In this document: in pieces, positions 1 through 10,091 of the stretch
Numbering within the stretch: position 1 is the first letter of the stretch
Layout: each line of letters starts with the position of its first letter
Source: an uncultured archaeon
GTDB lineage: Archaea > Thermoplasmatota > Thermoplasmata > Thermoplasmatales > Thermoplasmataceae
Reading direction: 5' to 3'
Assembly (NCBI GenBank): GCA_000965745.1
Contig: CP009479.1
Coordinates: forward strand, 1,216,001 to 1,280,000
Length of the DNA: 64,000 bases
Translations under genes and position numbers: made by a program
The notes under the pieces: generated by a model
The model's input: only the letters and a program-made list of their open reading frames with translations
Told to the model about the DNA's origin: nothing
Database searches by the model: none

Positions 1-1560
1 CTCTTTACCGCAGGAATGCTCGGGCTGGTTGTTTCCTCGAACCTTGTGGTGTTCTTCCTGTTCTGGGAACTTGTGGGGCTCTGTTCATACCTGCTCATTG
101 GTTTCTGGTTCTTCAAGCCTAACGCAACTGCAGCAGCAAAGAAGGCATTTATAGTGACCAGGGTGGGGGACCTGCTCTTCCTGATCGGCATGGCCGTGAT
201 TTACAACGCTCTCGTAGGCTATCCTGGTCTTGGAGGCAACAGCCCCCTCAGCATACCTTTCCTTATCAACAACGCATCCAGCATAGCTTCATACATGGGT
301 GCGACAAACTTGGGAATCGCCGCGGTCCTTCTGCTGGGAGGCGCTGCAGGAAAATCCTCACAATTCCCCCTTCACGTATGGATACCAGACGCAATGGAAG
401 GCCCTACGCCTGTATCGGCTCTTATCCATGCTGCCACAATGGTAACCGCGGGTGTCTATCTTGTAGCCAGGACGTACAACATATTCTTCTATTCAGCCCC
501 ATTCGCAATGTATTCAGTTGCAATAATAGGGGCGTTCACTGCATTATTTGCCGGAACTCTTGGAATAGTGGTTAACGATCTGAAGCGTATACTTGCCTAT
601 TCAACAATAAGCCAGTTGGGCTACATGATGGCCGCTATCGGGCTGGCACCCGTTATCGGTGCTGCCGGAATATCCTTCGGAATGTTCCACCTTGTGATAC
701 ACGCGATGTTCAAGGCCCTCCTTTTCCTCACTGCGGGAGCCATACTCATCTCACTGATGGACCTCAGGGATGTCCGCCAGATGGGCGGCCTGTGGAGAAA
801 GATGCCAGTAACAATAACACTCTTCCTCATAGGTTCAATCGCGCTGGCTGCGATTCCGCCTACCTCCGGGTTTTATTCCAAGGATACCATTATTTCAGCA
901 TCATGGCTTTATTTCTCCCACTACGGAAGTTTCCAGGCCTTCCTTCCATGGCTCTTCCTCAGCCTTGGGGCCCTGCTGACTGTCCTTTACACATTCAGGA
1001 TGTTCTTCCTGGTGGCAGTGGGAAAGCCGAGGTCGCATCTCGCGGAGCACGCAAAAGAGGCCCCAATCATCGCACTGATCCCTCTTTTCATACTGGCATT
1101 CTTCTCACTCTTCGGCGGGTACCTGTTCCAGGTCCCGTTCTATAATTACCTCGCAACAGGAGTTACACTCCCTTCGATACCGGCATACATCGAAGATATA
1201 CCTCTCATATACGTCGCGATTGGATTCTTGGTTGCACTATACCTCTACGGGACAAGCAGGTGGAAATCGATCGACCTCAGCAGGAATTTCTTCTACAACC
1301 TGCTGAAGTGGAAATATTACATGGACGTCCTCTATACAAGAATAATCGCTGAAAGGATAATTCTCCCTGTATCTGCAGCCTTCAGCACAGTAGAGAATTC
1401 CTATAACAGCGGTGTTGACAGGACAGGGTCCGGTGCGCTCAGCTTTGGAACGCTCTTGAGAAGAATGCAGGATGGTGTGGTTGAGAACTACTTTATTGTC
1501 CTCATAATAGGCATATCAATCGTATTTCTCCTTGTGGAGCTTTTCAAGGTGGTGATCTGA
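1..1560 (+). CDS. nuoL: NADH-quinone oxidoreductase subunit L (5'-truncated by window edge)
   Basis: Frame open from base 1; motifs FWELVGLCSYLLIGFW, GKSSQFPLHVWIPDAMEGPTPVSALIHAATMV, LAYSTISQLGYM. Confidence 0.95.
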   Translation, partial: LFTAGMLGLVVSSNLVVFFLFWELVGLCSYLLIGFWFFKPNATAAAKKAFIVTRVGDLLFLIGMAVIYNALVGYPGLGGNSPLSIPFLINNASSIASYMGATNLGIAAVLLLGGAAGKSSQFPLHVWIPDAMEGPTPVSALIHAATMVTAGVYLVARTYNIFFYSAPFAMYSVAIIGAFTALFAGTLGIVVNDLKRILAYSTISQLGYMMAAIGLAPVIGAAGISFGMFHLVIHAMFKALLFLTAGAILISLMDLRDVRQMGGLWRKMPVTITLFLIGSIALAAIPPTSGFYSKDTIISASWLYFSHYGSFQAFLPWLFLSLGALLTVLYTFRMFFLVAVGKPRSHLAEHAKEAPIIALIPLFILAFFSLFGGYLFQVPFYNYLATGVTLPSIPAYIEDIPLIYVAIGFLVALYLYGTSRWKSIDLSRNFFYNLLKWKYYMDVLYTRIIAERIILPVSAAFSTVENSYNSGVDRTGSGALSFGTLLRRMQDGVVENYFIVLIIGISIVFLLVELFKVVI

Positions 1561-3036
1561 ATGCTAATGGTAATAACATTCTTCCTCTCAATGATTCTTG
1601 CATTCGCCTCCTTCTTCATGGGGAAGAAGGCGAGGCTGTTTTCTATCGCATCTGCTTGGCTAATGGCAATCCTCGTCGGGATATATATATACATGACCTT
1701 CGGGGGCGGATATCATGGAGGGATCGTCAGCCAGTATAACTTCCAGATAGCGCCATCCATCGGGATATCATTCACGACTGGAGTTACGGGATTCACAGGA
1801 GCACTCATAGCTCTCTCTGCAGTCATAATACTCGTCTCACTCATGGTCGTGGAAAAGGATTCTGAGAACTCAATCTACGGCCTCATCCTTTCAACCGAGG
1901 TGGGGCTTTTCGGGCTGTTGATCTCAAGGAACTTCCTCTTCTTCTACATATTCTGGGAGGTGGTACTCATACCCATGTACTTCCTGATAATAAGGTTCGG
2001 TGGGGCAAAAAGAGACCGCGTTGGCCTGAAATTCTTTGTTTATACGCACATTGGGTCGGTCTTTATCCTCCTGGCGTTCTTCACGCTTTACAACTATTAC
2101 TACCTCAGCACGGGAGAGTTCACGCTGGACATGGGGACACTCATGAACACTGCGTTCATTACGGGCCATATTCCAGTATTCTGGAGAGACTTCATGTTAT
2201 TCGGATTCCTTATTGGATTTCTTGTGAAACTTCCTTCATTCCCGGTGCACTCATGGCTGCCTGATACTTACCAGACCGCGCCATACCCCGGAACCATAAT
2301 CCTTGCGGGCGGGCTCTCGCTTATGGGAGGATACGGGCTGTTCGGCATCCTCCTTCCGGCGTCAGGTATATTCAGCTCAACTCTGCTTTACTTCCTTGCA
2401 TTCCTGGGTATATTAAGCCTGGTCTATTTCTCATTCGTCGCCATGTTCCAGAAGGACATCAAAAGGATGATGGCATTTGCCAGTGCAGCCGCAATGGGAT
2501 TCGTGACAATATCATTCGCAGTCGGGATACTGGAACACAGCTATACCCAGGTTCTCGAGCTCTCCGGCGGAATGTTCCAGATCATAGCACACGGCTTCAT
2601 AATGGCGCTGATATTTGCATCCCTGTATTACATCAGGAGAAATACCGGATCAGAAATGACATACGGCCTTGGAGGGATCTACAGGGAAGCCCCTCTCCTG
2701 AGTTCTTTCATGCTCGCAGGGCTTTTTGCATCCCTGGGCCTTCCAGGCCTCGCGGGATTCATTGGCGAGTTCTCGATAGTTGTAGGCGTCTACCAGGGAA
2801 TAACGTGGTGGATATTCTTCATCATCCTCGGGATGATAGTTACTGCCTCATATCACGTCTGGGTCGCCCAGAGAGCCCTGTACGGCCCATACAATGAACA
2901 CCTCGGCCACATCAGGGATATAAACAGAAAGGAGTTTGCCACCCTTTGCGGGCTGCTGGTCCTGATATTCGTCCTGGGGGTCTTTCCGAACCTGCTTGAT
3001 GGACTGCTTACCGCCTACGTTGGAGGATTAATATGA
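1561..3036 (+). CDS. nuoM: NADH-quinone oxidoreductase subunit M
   Basis: FYIFWEVVLIPMYFLI, KLPSFPVHSWLPD, LGLPGLAGFIGEF; abuts nuoL (TGA-ATG). Confidence 0.95.
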   Translation: MLMVITFFLSMILAFASFFMGKKARLFSIASAWLMAILVGIYIYMTFGGGYHGGIVSQYNFQIAPSIGISFTTGVTGFTGALIALSAVIILVSLMVVEKDSENSIYGLILSTEVGLFGLLISRNFLFFYIFWEVVLIPMYFLIIRFGGAKRDRVGLKFFVYTHIGSVFILLAFFTLYNYYYLSTGEFTLDMGTLMNTAFITGHIPVFWRDFMLFGFLIGFLVKLPSFPVHSWLPDTYQTAPYPGTIILAGGLSLMGGYGLFGILLPASGIFSSTLLYFLAFLGILSLVYFSFVAMFQKDIKRMMAFASAAAMGFVTISFAVGILEHSYTQVLELSGGMFQIIAHGFIMALIFASLYYIRRNTGSEMTYGLGGIYREAPLLSSFMLAGLFASLGLPGLAGFIGEFSIVVGVYQGITWWIFFIILGMIVTASYHVWVAQRALYGPYNEHLGHIRDINRKEFATLCGLLVLIFVLGVFPNLLDGLLTAYVGGLI

Positions 3037-4493
3037 TCGTTAACAGCTTCATAACAGAATTAGCACTTAATACCGGACTTTCAAACCTCAATTACCTTTA
3101 TCCGCTATTCCTTCTGGGAATCGTCGCCTTTGTCATCCTGGCAATAGGGATCAGGATTGAGAATCCGAGGCTCTTTGCCTCCATTACTGCGGGCGCTCTT
3201 GCAATAGTATTCTTCTGGCTCTACTTCCTTCCGGGAAACCCGAACCTGGTGATGTCAGGCACGACCATTTACAACAGGTACGGGACGTACTTCGCAATGA
3301 TAATGATTCTTGCGTCGCTGCTCGTTGTTTTCCCGGCGGCAAGAAGGCTGAGCAAGAAGGCTGACATATTCTATGCAATCCTCCTGTTCGTCAACATAGG
3401 CATAATCATCGCATCCTTTTCCTACAATATACTCGTGATGTTTGTGTCCTTCGAGGCCGTCAGCATAGGGACATACATAATGGCTGCATTCGGGAAGGAG
3501 AAGAGGCATCTTGAAGCATCGCTCAAGTATTTCTTCACGAGCACAATCGCCACCGCCTTTACGGCCTTCGGGGCATCGTTCTTCTACATCTCAACCGGGA
3601 CATTCGACCTGACTGCCGGCCTCAAAGTGTCTTCCTTCCAGTCTATGGATATAGCCCTTCTCTTCCTCGCAGTTGGATTCGGCTTCAAGATGGCAATTTT
3701 CCCGATGCACCAGTGGGCGATTGATACCTACGACGGGGCTGAAAACTCCATTGCTGCCTATCTTTCCACAGGAAGCAAGATCCTGGCCTTCGTAGTTATC
3801 CTGAAAATATTCCTCGTGGGCTTTTCCGGGGATTTCGAAGTTGTATTCTACCTCTTCACCATCCTTGCAATCGCCTCAATGACCTACGGGAACATTGCAG
3901 CCCTGTCCCAGGACAACCTAAAGCGGATACTGGCATATTCAAGCGTTGCCCAGGTGGGTTACCTCATCCTGGTGCTTGCACAGGTGTCTTACGTGGGGAA
4001 CACCTCTTCGCACGCAGTAACCCTGGCAGTCGCCACAGGTATGTATTATTCAGTCGTATACATATTCATGAAGGGAGGAGCCTTCCTTACAATGAATATT
4101 GTGAAGAAGGACAAGGTTGAAATTTCGGATGTGACGGGTCTCTTCAGAAAGTCTCCTGCCGTGGCAGTGAGTTTTTCAATACTTCTTCTCGCACTTGCCG
4201 GAATCCCTGTTACCGGCGGGTTCTTCGCCAAGTACAACCTGTTCCTCGCACTTATAACGGGCCAGCTCTGGTGGCTTGCTGTCATCGCCATACTGAACAG
4301 TGCAATCTCAGTGTTCTACTACTTCCGCGTGATCCTCTACATGTTCAAGGACCCGGTGGGGGAGACCGATTTCAACCTTTCAACCTCAGTCAGGATTCCT
4401 GTCATTGCGACGGCATTCATCACGGTTGGCCTCGGAGTGGCGTTCCAGATGGTGTACCTTCTCATGTCGGTGGCGCCGGGATTATTCGGGTGA
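3033..4493 (+). CDS. nuoN: NADH-quinone oxidoreductase subunit N
   Basis: EASLKYF, FKMAIFPMHQWAIDTYDGA, KRILAYSSVAQVGY, LAGIPVTGGFFAK. Confidence 0.95.
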   Translation: MIVNSFITELALNTGLSNLNYLYPLFLLGIVAFVILAIGIRIENPRLFASITAGALAIVFFWLYFLPGNPNLVMSGTTIYNRYGTYFAMIMILASLLVVFPAARRLSKKADIFYAILLFVNIGIIIASFSYNILVMFVSFEAVSIGTYIMAAFGKEKRHLEASLKYFFTSTIATAFTAFGASFFYISTGTFDLTAGLKVSSFQSMDIALLFLAVGFGFKMAIFPMHQWAIDTYDGAENSIAAYLSTGSKILAFVVILKIFLVGFSGDFEVVFYLFTILAIASMTYGNIAALSQDNLKRILAYSSVAQVGYLILVLAQVSYVGNTSSHAVTLAVATGMYYSVVYIFMKGGAFLTMNIVKKDKVEISDVTGLFRKSPAVAVSFSILLLALAGIPVTGGFFAKYNLFLALITGQLWWLAVIAILNSAISVFYYFRVILYMFKDPVGETDFNLSTSVRIPVIATAFITVGLGVAFQMVYLLMSVAPGLFG

Positions 4494-4499
4494 TAGAAA

Positions 4500-4868
4500 A
4501 TGCTCAAAGCTGAACTTGATGTTGAAGTTATTAAGAGTGCCCTTCTGGCCGGAGAAGTTGACGATGCAGCCGACTGGATCCGGAAGGCAATGCACAGGAT
4601 AGAGATCTACAGAAGGGTCACAAAGAAGTCAAAGTACGATGCAAGATACAGGTTCCTCGAATCCCTGATGGGGTACCTGTCCGGCGACTTCCGGCTTGAC
4701 GAGCTCAGGAAGAACATAGAGAAGATCCCCGGAGTAAGGGACATGTTTGTTGATCCAGAAGAGTTCAGGACATTTCTGGACAGCTTCCTGTATTATGTAC
4801 AGCTGTCCGCGGACAGGTACAACATTAGGTACCCGAGTTTTGACGGAAAAAGGTGTGACGACAAATGA
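4500..4868 (+). CDS. Hypothetical soluble protein (122 aa), probably co-transcribed with nuo
   Basis: Starts 6 nt after nuoN stop with upstream GGTGA SD; ATGA overlap with next ORF. Confidence 0.75.
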   Translation: MLKAELDVEVIKSALLAGEVDDAADWIRKAMHRIEIYRRVTKKSKYDARYRFLESLMGYLSGDFRLDELRKNIEKIPGVRDMFVDPEEFRTFLDSFLYYVQLSADRYNIRYPSFDGKRCDDK

Positions 4869-5119
4869 AAGACACATTCGAGAAATGCTACGAGGACCTC
4901 GAAAGTACAGAGGAATCAGCGGCCGAGTGCATTCACTGCATGAAGAAGTATGGTGAGCAGATCTTCTTTGACAGGGAGGCCGGCAGGCTCAAACTTGGAA
5001 GGGAGGTATACGACAGGAAGTACTCCGGGATCATGGAGACTCTCTCAAATGTAATGGGCATAGATTCCCTGGAAACCTATGAGAAAATGGACAAAAAATA
5101 TAACCTGACCATGTACTGA
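4865..5119 (+). CDS. Hypothetical small protein (84 aa) with CxxC
   Basis: ATGA translational coupling, AGGTG SD, CIHC motif. Confidence 0.75.
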   Translation: MKDTFEKCYEDLESTEESAAECIHCMKKYGEQIFFDREAGRLKLGREVYDRKYSGIMETLSNVMGIDSLETYEKMDKKYNLTMY

Positions 5120-5302
5120 TTTCCCAAATCTGTCATTCTGGCGGCGGTCATCCATGTGATGCTTGACATCACCGTGTGCAGCCCCATGCCTCTATTTCTG
5201 CGCCAATGCATCCGGCATAGCTGTTCATGCCTTGTTTCACGTCCTGTTCAAGCGCAACCTCAATGATTGTGCCCCCCAATATTTTGAGGAGATCAGACCG
5301 GT

Positions 5303-6130
5303 CTACGATATTTCTGATGCTGAATTTACTTTTTCGGCCTCAGCCTTTCTTTCTGCCCTTCTTGCAAAGTATATCCCCCCCATGTACAGGGCGATTATCG
5401 GGACAGCCATGACTACCATGGTGAAACCAATAACTCCCGGGGAGAATATCATGCCGAAAATGAGGGCGCCTATAACCGCATGCCTCCAGTGGTCCTCCCA
5501 GAATTTTGCTGAAACGATTCCAGTCCTGGTAAGCGCAACCATGAATACCGGAACCTCGAAGGAGATCCCGAAAGTTACTGTGTATATAAAAGTGAATGAG
5601 ATAAAACTCATAAGGCTGAGGGACTCTGCTGCACCCAAGCCCAGATCATACCCGCTGAATATTATGAAAAGCGGGGGGGCGACAATCCAGAGCCCTATGG
5701 CAGATCCAGCGGTGAAAAGTGCTGTTGCAGGAACTATGGCCGACCTCAGGGCGTCTTTCTCGCGTTTCTTGAGGGCAGGGCCGAGAAATTCCCCGATCTC
5801 CTTTACTATTATGGGCATTGCGAAGAGCAATGCAAGGAACATTGAAACATCGAGGTCTGCCAGAACTCCGTCAGCAGGCTTAAGCACAAAAACTGTGGTT
5901 CCCGCGGGTAGTATGTGATTTTCTATAAGCAGAAGGAACTGTGCCGCGGTGTTGTGGTAGAAATTGGGGTACAGAAAGATAAATGTGTGGCCAAAAAGAG
6001 TTACTTCCTGTATCCTGAGAGTTAAAAAAATTGCTGCAAAAATGCCGAATACTATAAGTATCCGTGTAAGTCTTACCCTGATTTCATCCAGGTTTCTAAA
6101 GATGATGGGAAATACTTCTTCATCGCTCAT
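5303..6130 (-). CDS. tatC: Twin-arginine translocase TatC
   Basis: LDEIRVRL, FLGPALKKRE, FGISFEVPV, WRHAVI; adjacent to tatA. Confidence 0.93.
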   Translation of the reverse strand: MSDEEVFPIIFRNLDEIRVRLTRILIVFGIFAAIFLTLRIQEVTLFGHTFIFLYPNFYHNTAAQFLLLIENHILPAGTTVFVLKPADGVLADLDVSMFLALLFAMPIIVKEIGEFLGPALKKREKDALRSAIVPATALFTAGSAIGLWIVAPPLFIIFSGYDLGLGAAESLSLMSFISFTFIYTVTFGISFEVPVFMVALTRTGIVSAKFWEDHWRHAVIGALIFGMIFSPGVIGFTMVVMAVPIIALYMGGIYFARRAERKAEAEKVNSASEIS

Positions 6131-6135
6131 TGCTT

Positions 6136-6432
6136 TTAGTTCTTGAGTTTCTCGGCAATTTCAGCTTTGAGCTGGTTCTCATCTTTGTTGTCTGTCACTA
6201 TTCCCATATTCTTGGCGACTTCCCGGAAATCGACTTTTCCGTCCTTTGGGGCTGTTGAAGAAGTTGCGTACATTGAATTCTTAATTTCTTTCTCAAGTTC
6301 CAGCTGTCCTCTCTTGAACTCACCAGTGGCACGACCCATGCTTCTCGCAAGATCGGGTATCTTCTTTGCGCCACCAAAGAGAATAAGGCCGACGACTGCA
6401 ATTATGAGTATCTCTTCGATGCTGAACATCAT
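6136..6432 (-). CDS. tatA: Twin-arginine translocase TatA
   Basis: TM helix, FG hinge, then KKIPDLARSMGRATGEFKRG. Confidence 0.93.
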   Translation of the reverse strand: MMFSIEEILIIAVVGLILFGGAKKIPDLARSMGRATGEFKRGQLELEKEIKNSMYATSSTAPKDGKVDFREVAKNMGIVTDNKDENQLKAEIAEKLKN

Positions 6433-6538
6433 CGATGTATCATAAGTAGTTATTTAACTTTTTACGGTTAATATTTCAATCCGTAATACGCTTGAAAAAA
6501 GCCTCTCTCCATGAAGTGTAAAAAAAAGAATTCAGGCT

Positions 6539-6880
6539 TCAGTTAGGCAAATCAAGCTCTACCTGAAAACCTTCACTTCTGTAACTGTTCATTACCTTGT
6601 CGATCTCTTCCTTTGTATCGCCGTTCATCTCACTGAATGACAGAGAAACAACTTTCTTGGCCTTATTCAGGACAACGAATCCCAGGGTTCGATCAGTTGG
6701 CTGTATTTCATCAGATCTGGCGAATTCCTCGATGTATTCCGCCATGCTTTCTTCAGGATAGTCGGACTTGGTAACCTCAATAAGGCCTGAAAGAGAATCT
6801 TTCAGTCTTGACATTTCGACACAAATTGTGGATGGGTGGTAGTCTCCCATCGTGATGTTGAACATGGCGCAATCTGTCAT
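6539..6880 (-). CDS. Hypothetical acidic protein (113 aa)
   Basis: Starts 12 nt after the peroxiredoxin stop on the same strand. Confidence 0.7.
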   Translation of the reverse strand: MTDCAMFNITMGDYHPSTICVEMSRLKDSLSGLIEVTKSDYPEESMAEYIEEFARSDEIQPTDRTLGFVVLNKAKKVVSLSFSEMNGDTKEEIDKVMNSYRSEGFQVELDLPN

Positions 6881-6892
6881 CCGGATCTTTCC

Positions 6893-7507
6893 TTATGCCT
6901 TAGCCCTCTTGAGGTACCATCTCTCGGCACCCTCTTCCTTCTCCCTGACCAGTGCTGCCTCGAAGGTGTTCGGCGCACCGACGATTCCCTTGTCTCCGGG
7001 TTCCCAGTTCACGGGAGTTGCGAGCTTGCTGTCCCAGTTGAACTGGAACGCCTTGATCACCCTTATGATCTCGTTGATGTTCCTCCCGATCTCAGCGGGA
7101 TAGTAGATCATCCATCTCACTGTCTGGTTCGGGTCTATTATGAAGACGCCCCTGACAGTGACACCGCTCTTTGGATCGTACAGGTTGTACGCGTCCGCCA
7201 CTTCCTTCTCTATGTCTGCTATTACCGGGAAGGGTATCTCTACACCGTACTTCTCCTTGATGTCCTTGAGCCAGGCGATGTGCGAGTATATGCTGTCAAC
7301 ACTCAGTCCGATGAGTTCTACTCCGAGCTTCCTGAATTCATCGTACCTCTCGGCAAATCCCATGAATTCTGTCGTGCACACGGGCGTGAAGTCCGCCGGG
7401 TGTGAGAAGAGAAGTACCCACTTTCCCTTGAGGTCCGAGAACGTCATTGGCCCTTTGGTCGTATTTACGGTAAAATCCGGTGCTTTCATTCCTAGATAGA
7501 CTGCCAT
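6893..7507 (-). CDS. Peroxiredoxin (Prx6/1-Cys-type)
   Basis: FSHPADFTPVCTTEF, YPAEIGRN; start set at ATG 7507 with GGTGA SD. Confidence 0.93.
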   Translation of the reverse strand: MAVYLGMKAPDFTVNTTKGPMTFSDLKGKWVLLFSHPADFTPVCTTEFMGFAERYDEFRKLGVELIGLSVDSIYSHIAWLKDIKEKYGVEIPFPVIADIEKEVADAYNLYDPKSGVTVRGVFIIDPNQTVRWMIYYPAEIGRNINEIIRVIKAFQFNWDSKLATPVNWEPGDKGIVGAPNTFEAALVREKEEGAERWYLKRAKA

Positions 7508-7608
7508 TAAATCACCATATCTAAATCTTGGAATCACTAATAAGTGTGTTGATTTATGCATTTGCGACATAAAAACAATGAAGAATGTAATTGCTTCTCT
7601 ATGCCCAT

Positions 7609-8568
7609 TTACCTATTCTTCAGCAGATACTCGGCAAAGTACGTTATTATGATGTCTGCACCTGCCCTGAATATTGAGACAATCGACTCCTCTATTACTT
7701 CGTCTTTCAGCAGGCCATCTTTCACTGCTCCCATTATCATGCTGTATTCGCCACTGACATTATAGGCTGCAATGGGGAGCTCAAACTTCTGCCTCGACAG
7801 AGAAATGATGTCAAGGTAGAAGAGTGCAGGCTTGACCATGAGGATGTCCGCACCCTCTTTCTCATCCTCCTCCATCTCCCTGAGGGCTTCCCTGGAGTTC
7901 CTGAAGTCCATCTGGTAGCCCCTCCTGTCTCCCGACCCCGGTTTTGAGTCAGCTGCCTCCCTAAACGGGCCGTACAGCGACGTGTGATATTTTGCCCCAT
8001 AAGCCATTATTGCTATTCCACCGTAACCATTTGAATCAAGGGCACTTCTGATCGCACCAACCTGTCCATCCATCATCCCGCTGGGGGCAACCATGTCAAC
8101 TCCGGCTTTAGCATAGCTCACGGCAATCCTTGCGTACACGGGCAGGGTACTGTCGTTGTCTACATTGCGATCCTTGATAATCCCACAATGCCCATGGTCC
8201 GTATATTCACACAGGCAAAGGTCTGCAATCACGTTCATCTGTGTATTGTCCTTGATGAGCCTGATTGCCTTCTGAACAACCCCTTCCTCATCATAGGAAG
8301 AAGACCCTTCGCTATCCTTGTGGGCAGGAACCCCAAAAAGGATAACGGAATTAAGGCCCAGGTCCTCGAGCTCCTTGACGTACGATGAAAGCGACTCAAG
8401 AGAGTGCCTGTAGATGCCTGGCATTGACTTTATTTCCCTCTTTCCCTCCAGGCCTTCTTCAACAAAAACTGGCATAACCAGCTTTTCGTAATTGATCGGC
8501 GTTTCACTGAAGAGTTCCCTCATGTGCTGGCTACTTCGTAGCCTTCTCATTCTCAGAGCCGGAAACAT
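7609..8568 (-). CDS. hemB: Porphobilinogen synthase (Zn-type)
   Basis: MRRLR, DLCLCEYTDHGHCG, SGMMDGQV, MVKPA, AYNVSGEY. Confidence 0.97.
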   Translation of the reverse strand: MFPALRMRRLRSSQHMRELFSETPINYEKLVMPVFVEEGLEGKREIKSMPGIYRHSLESLSSYVKELEDLGLNSVILFGVPAHKDSEGSSSYDEEGVVQKAIRLIKDNTQMNVIADLCLCEYTDHGHCGIIKDRNVDNDSTLPVYARIAVSYAKAGVDMVAPSGMMDGQVGAIRSALDSNGYGGIAIMAYGAKYHTSLYGPFREAADSKPGSGDRRGYQMDFRNSREALREMEEDEKEGADILMVKPALFYLDIISLSRQKFELPIAAYNVSGEYSMIMGAVKDGLLKDEVIEESIVSIFRAGADIIITYFAEYLLKNR

Positions 8569-8621
8569 AAGGGATAAGTTACAGAAATGAATTAAATTTT
8601 GCTGGCAGCCTGCAAGGAACG

Positions 8622-10088
8622 TCAGACTATTTCGTCGAGTTCGACCTCTGGCCAGCGGTCCTTTCCATATTTCGTGCTTGAGATAAACACGCTTCTCTTG
8701 GAAGAATTGAGAAGTACATAACCGCTGAAGTCCCTGAAATGAACAGTAAGGTTGGCGTAGTGGCTAATTTTCTGGTAGTATTCATCATCAGCCACAATGA
8801 CAATGATTCCTGTCATTCTGATGATGTTAATGAGGTTAAGCAGGTCCCCGAAGAAATCATTGCCGTATGTGAACGAGAGGAAATCTGTTGAAAACAGGTA
8901 AACATTTGGCCTGGATGATGATGACATGAAGAAATCTATGACTTCATGCGGAAAATCCTCCACGAGGCTCTTTCCTTCAAGATTTATGACGTATGAACTC
9001 GACCTCTTTGATTTCTCGGCAGTGATGTAGTGTTTCAGCACTTCTGATTCCATGGTGTCAACCATTACCCTGGAAGTTTCATAACTGCTTGAGGTGGCGT
9101 CTATCACTCCCCTCCCTTCCAGCACAGTGCGCCTTATCAGGTTGTTTTTCACAAGATTTACGGCCTGGTCAACAGAAGTTGACTTGTTCACTCTGTGGAA
9201 TATTACCACATAGCCAAGCGGGACCCTGTCAAGATCTTTCTCAACAAGCTTGGAGAAGGAATCGCTTCCAAGCGGGACTTCAAAGGACCTTTCCTCGGCT
9301 TTCACCTTTGTCTTCAGCTTGTTCTCCGGATAGGTCACTGAATCTCTTTCAAACGGGAGGAACCTCCCTTCCTTGAGTGAGTAAAGCCAGACCGGGCTGG
9401 AACCAGTGGACATTCCACGCAGCTTGGCTACTGTCAGTGTCCTGACCAGAAAATCGTCCTTCAGCTGATAATCCATTGACACAACGCCATCGGAGAAATA
9501 TTCCAGCTTCGTGTTGTTCATCTCCTCCATTACAACTATGATATTTGCGCCAGAATTTTCTACAAGATCGGAATGAAGCACCGAGAAAATGGTCGCGGAC
9601 TCAATCCCGTATTTTTCTGAGAGGGCATCAATGGAATCCAGAACAATGATTGGGGAGCTGTTATAATTCTCGTCAACAAAATCGTAGATTGTCTGAATCT
9701 CCGGTACGAGGTCCCTGATATTCAGAACAAGCCCGGTATCGTGCGAGGTCAGCTGGGTTGAAATGTTTCCTTCCTCGATCATCTTCTCAAGCTTTCCCAG
9801 CGAGTCGCTGATGACATTGGTAAAATCACGCTGAGGCAGCCTTGACTCGACTCTCTTGGCCGAATATTCGGGAAGCCATGGGAACTGTTCGGTCAGTGGT
9901 TCATCCGAAAATCTCGCCGAAAGGTACAGAACTGGTGTCTCGTCTCTTACATGATTGAGGAATTCAAGCGCAAAGGTTGTTTTGCCTGCTCCGGGCCTTC
10001 CCTTAACTACAAGGGATTTACCGTAGTTCTGACGAAAAAACGTCTTCAGCATATCTAGCAGGTTATTATTTCCCATTTGCGCTTTCAC
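8622..10088 (-). CDS. KaiC/GvpD-like RecA-superfamily ATPase, two domains (C-terminal one degenerate)
   Basis: Walker A GRPGAGKT, Walker B IIVLDS, KLRG motif; second half lacks an intact P-loop. Confidence 0.8.
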   Translation of the reverse strand: MKAQMGNNNLLDMLKTFFRQNYGKSLVVKGRPGAGKTTFALEFLNHVRDETPVLYLSARFSDEPLTEQFPWLPEYSAKRVESRLPQRDFTNVISDSLGKLEKMIEEGNISTQLTSHDTGLVLNIRDLVPEIQTIYDFVDENYNSSPIIVLDSIDALSEKYGIESATIFSVLHSDLVENSGANIIVVMEEMNNTKLEYFSDGVVSMDYQLKDDFLVRTLTVAKLRGMSTGSSPVWLYSLKEGRFLPFERDSVTYPENKLKTKVKAEERSFEVPLGSDSFSKLVEKDLDRVPLGYVVIFHRVNKSTSVDQAVNLVKNNLIRRTVLEGRGVIDATSSSYETSRVMVDTMESEVLKHYITAEKSKRSSSYVINLEGKSLVEDFPHEVIDFFMSSSSRPNVYLFSTDFLSFTYGNDFFGDLLNLINIIRMTGIIVIVADDEYYQKISHYANLTVHFRDFSGYVLLNSSKRSVFISSTKYGKDRWPEVELDEIV

Positions 10089-10091
10089 ACT

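Noticed and set aside
4925-4945. CIHC as a heme c binding site
   Set aside because: Not CxxCH, and no export signal
5163-5918. 251-aa plus-strand ORF, and similar long antisense ORFs (17699-18493, 47840-48487, 53407-53985, 58946-59722)
   Set aside because: Shadows of well-supported genes on the opposite strand, with no motifs of their own
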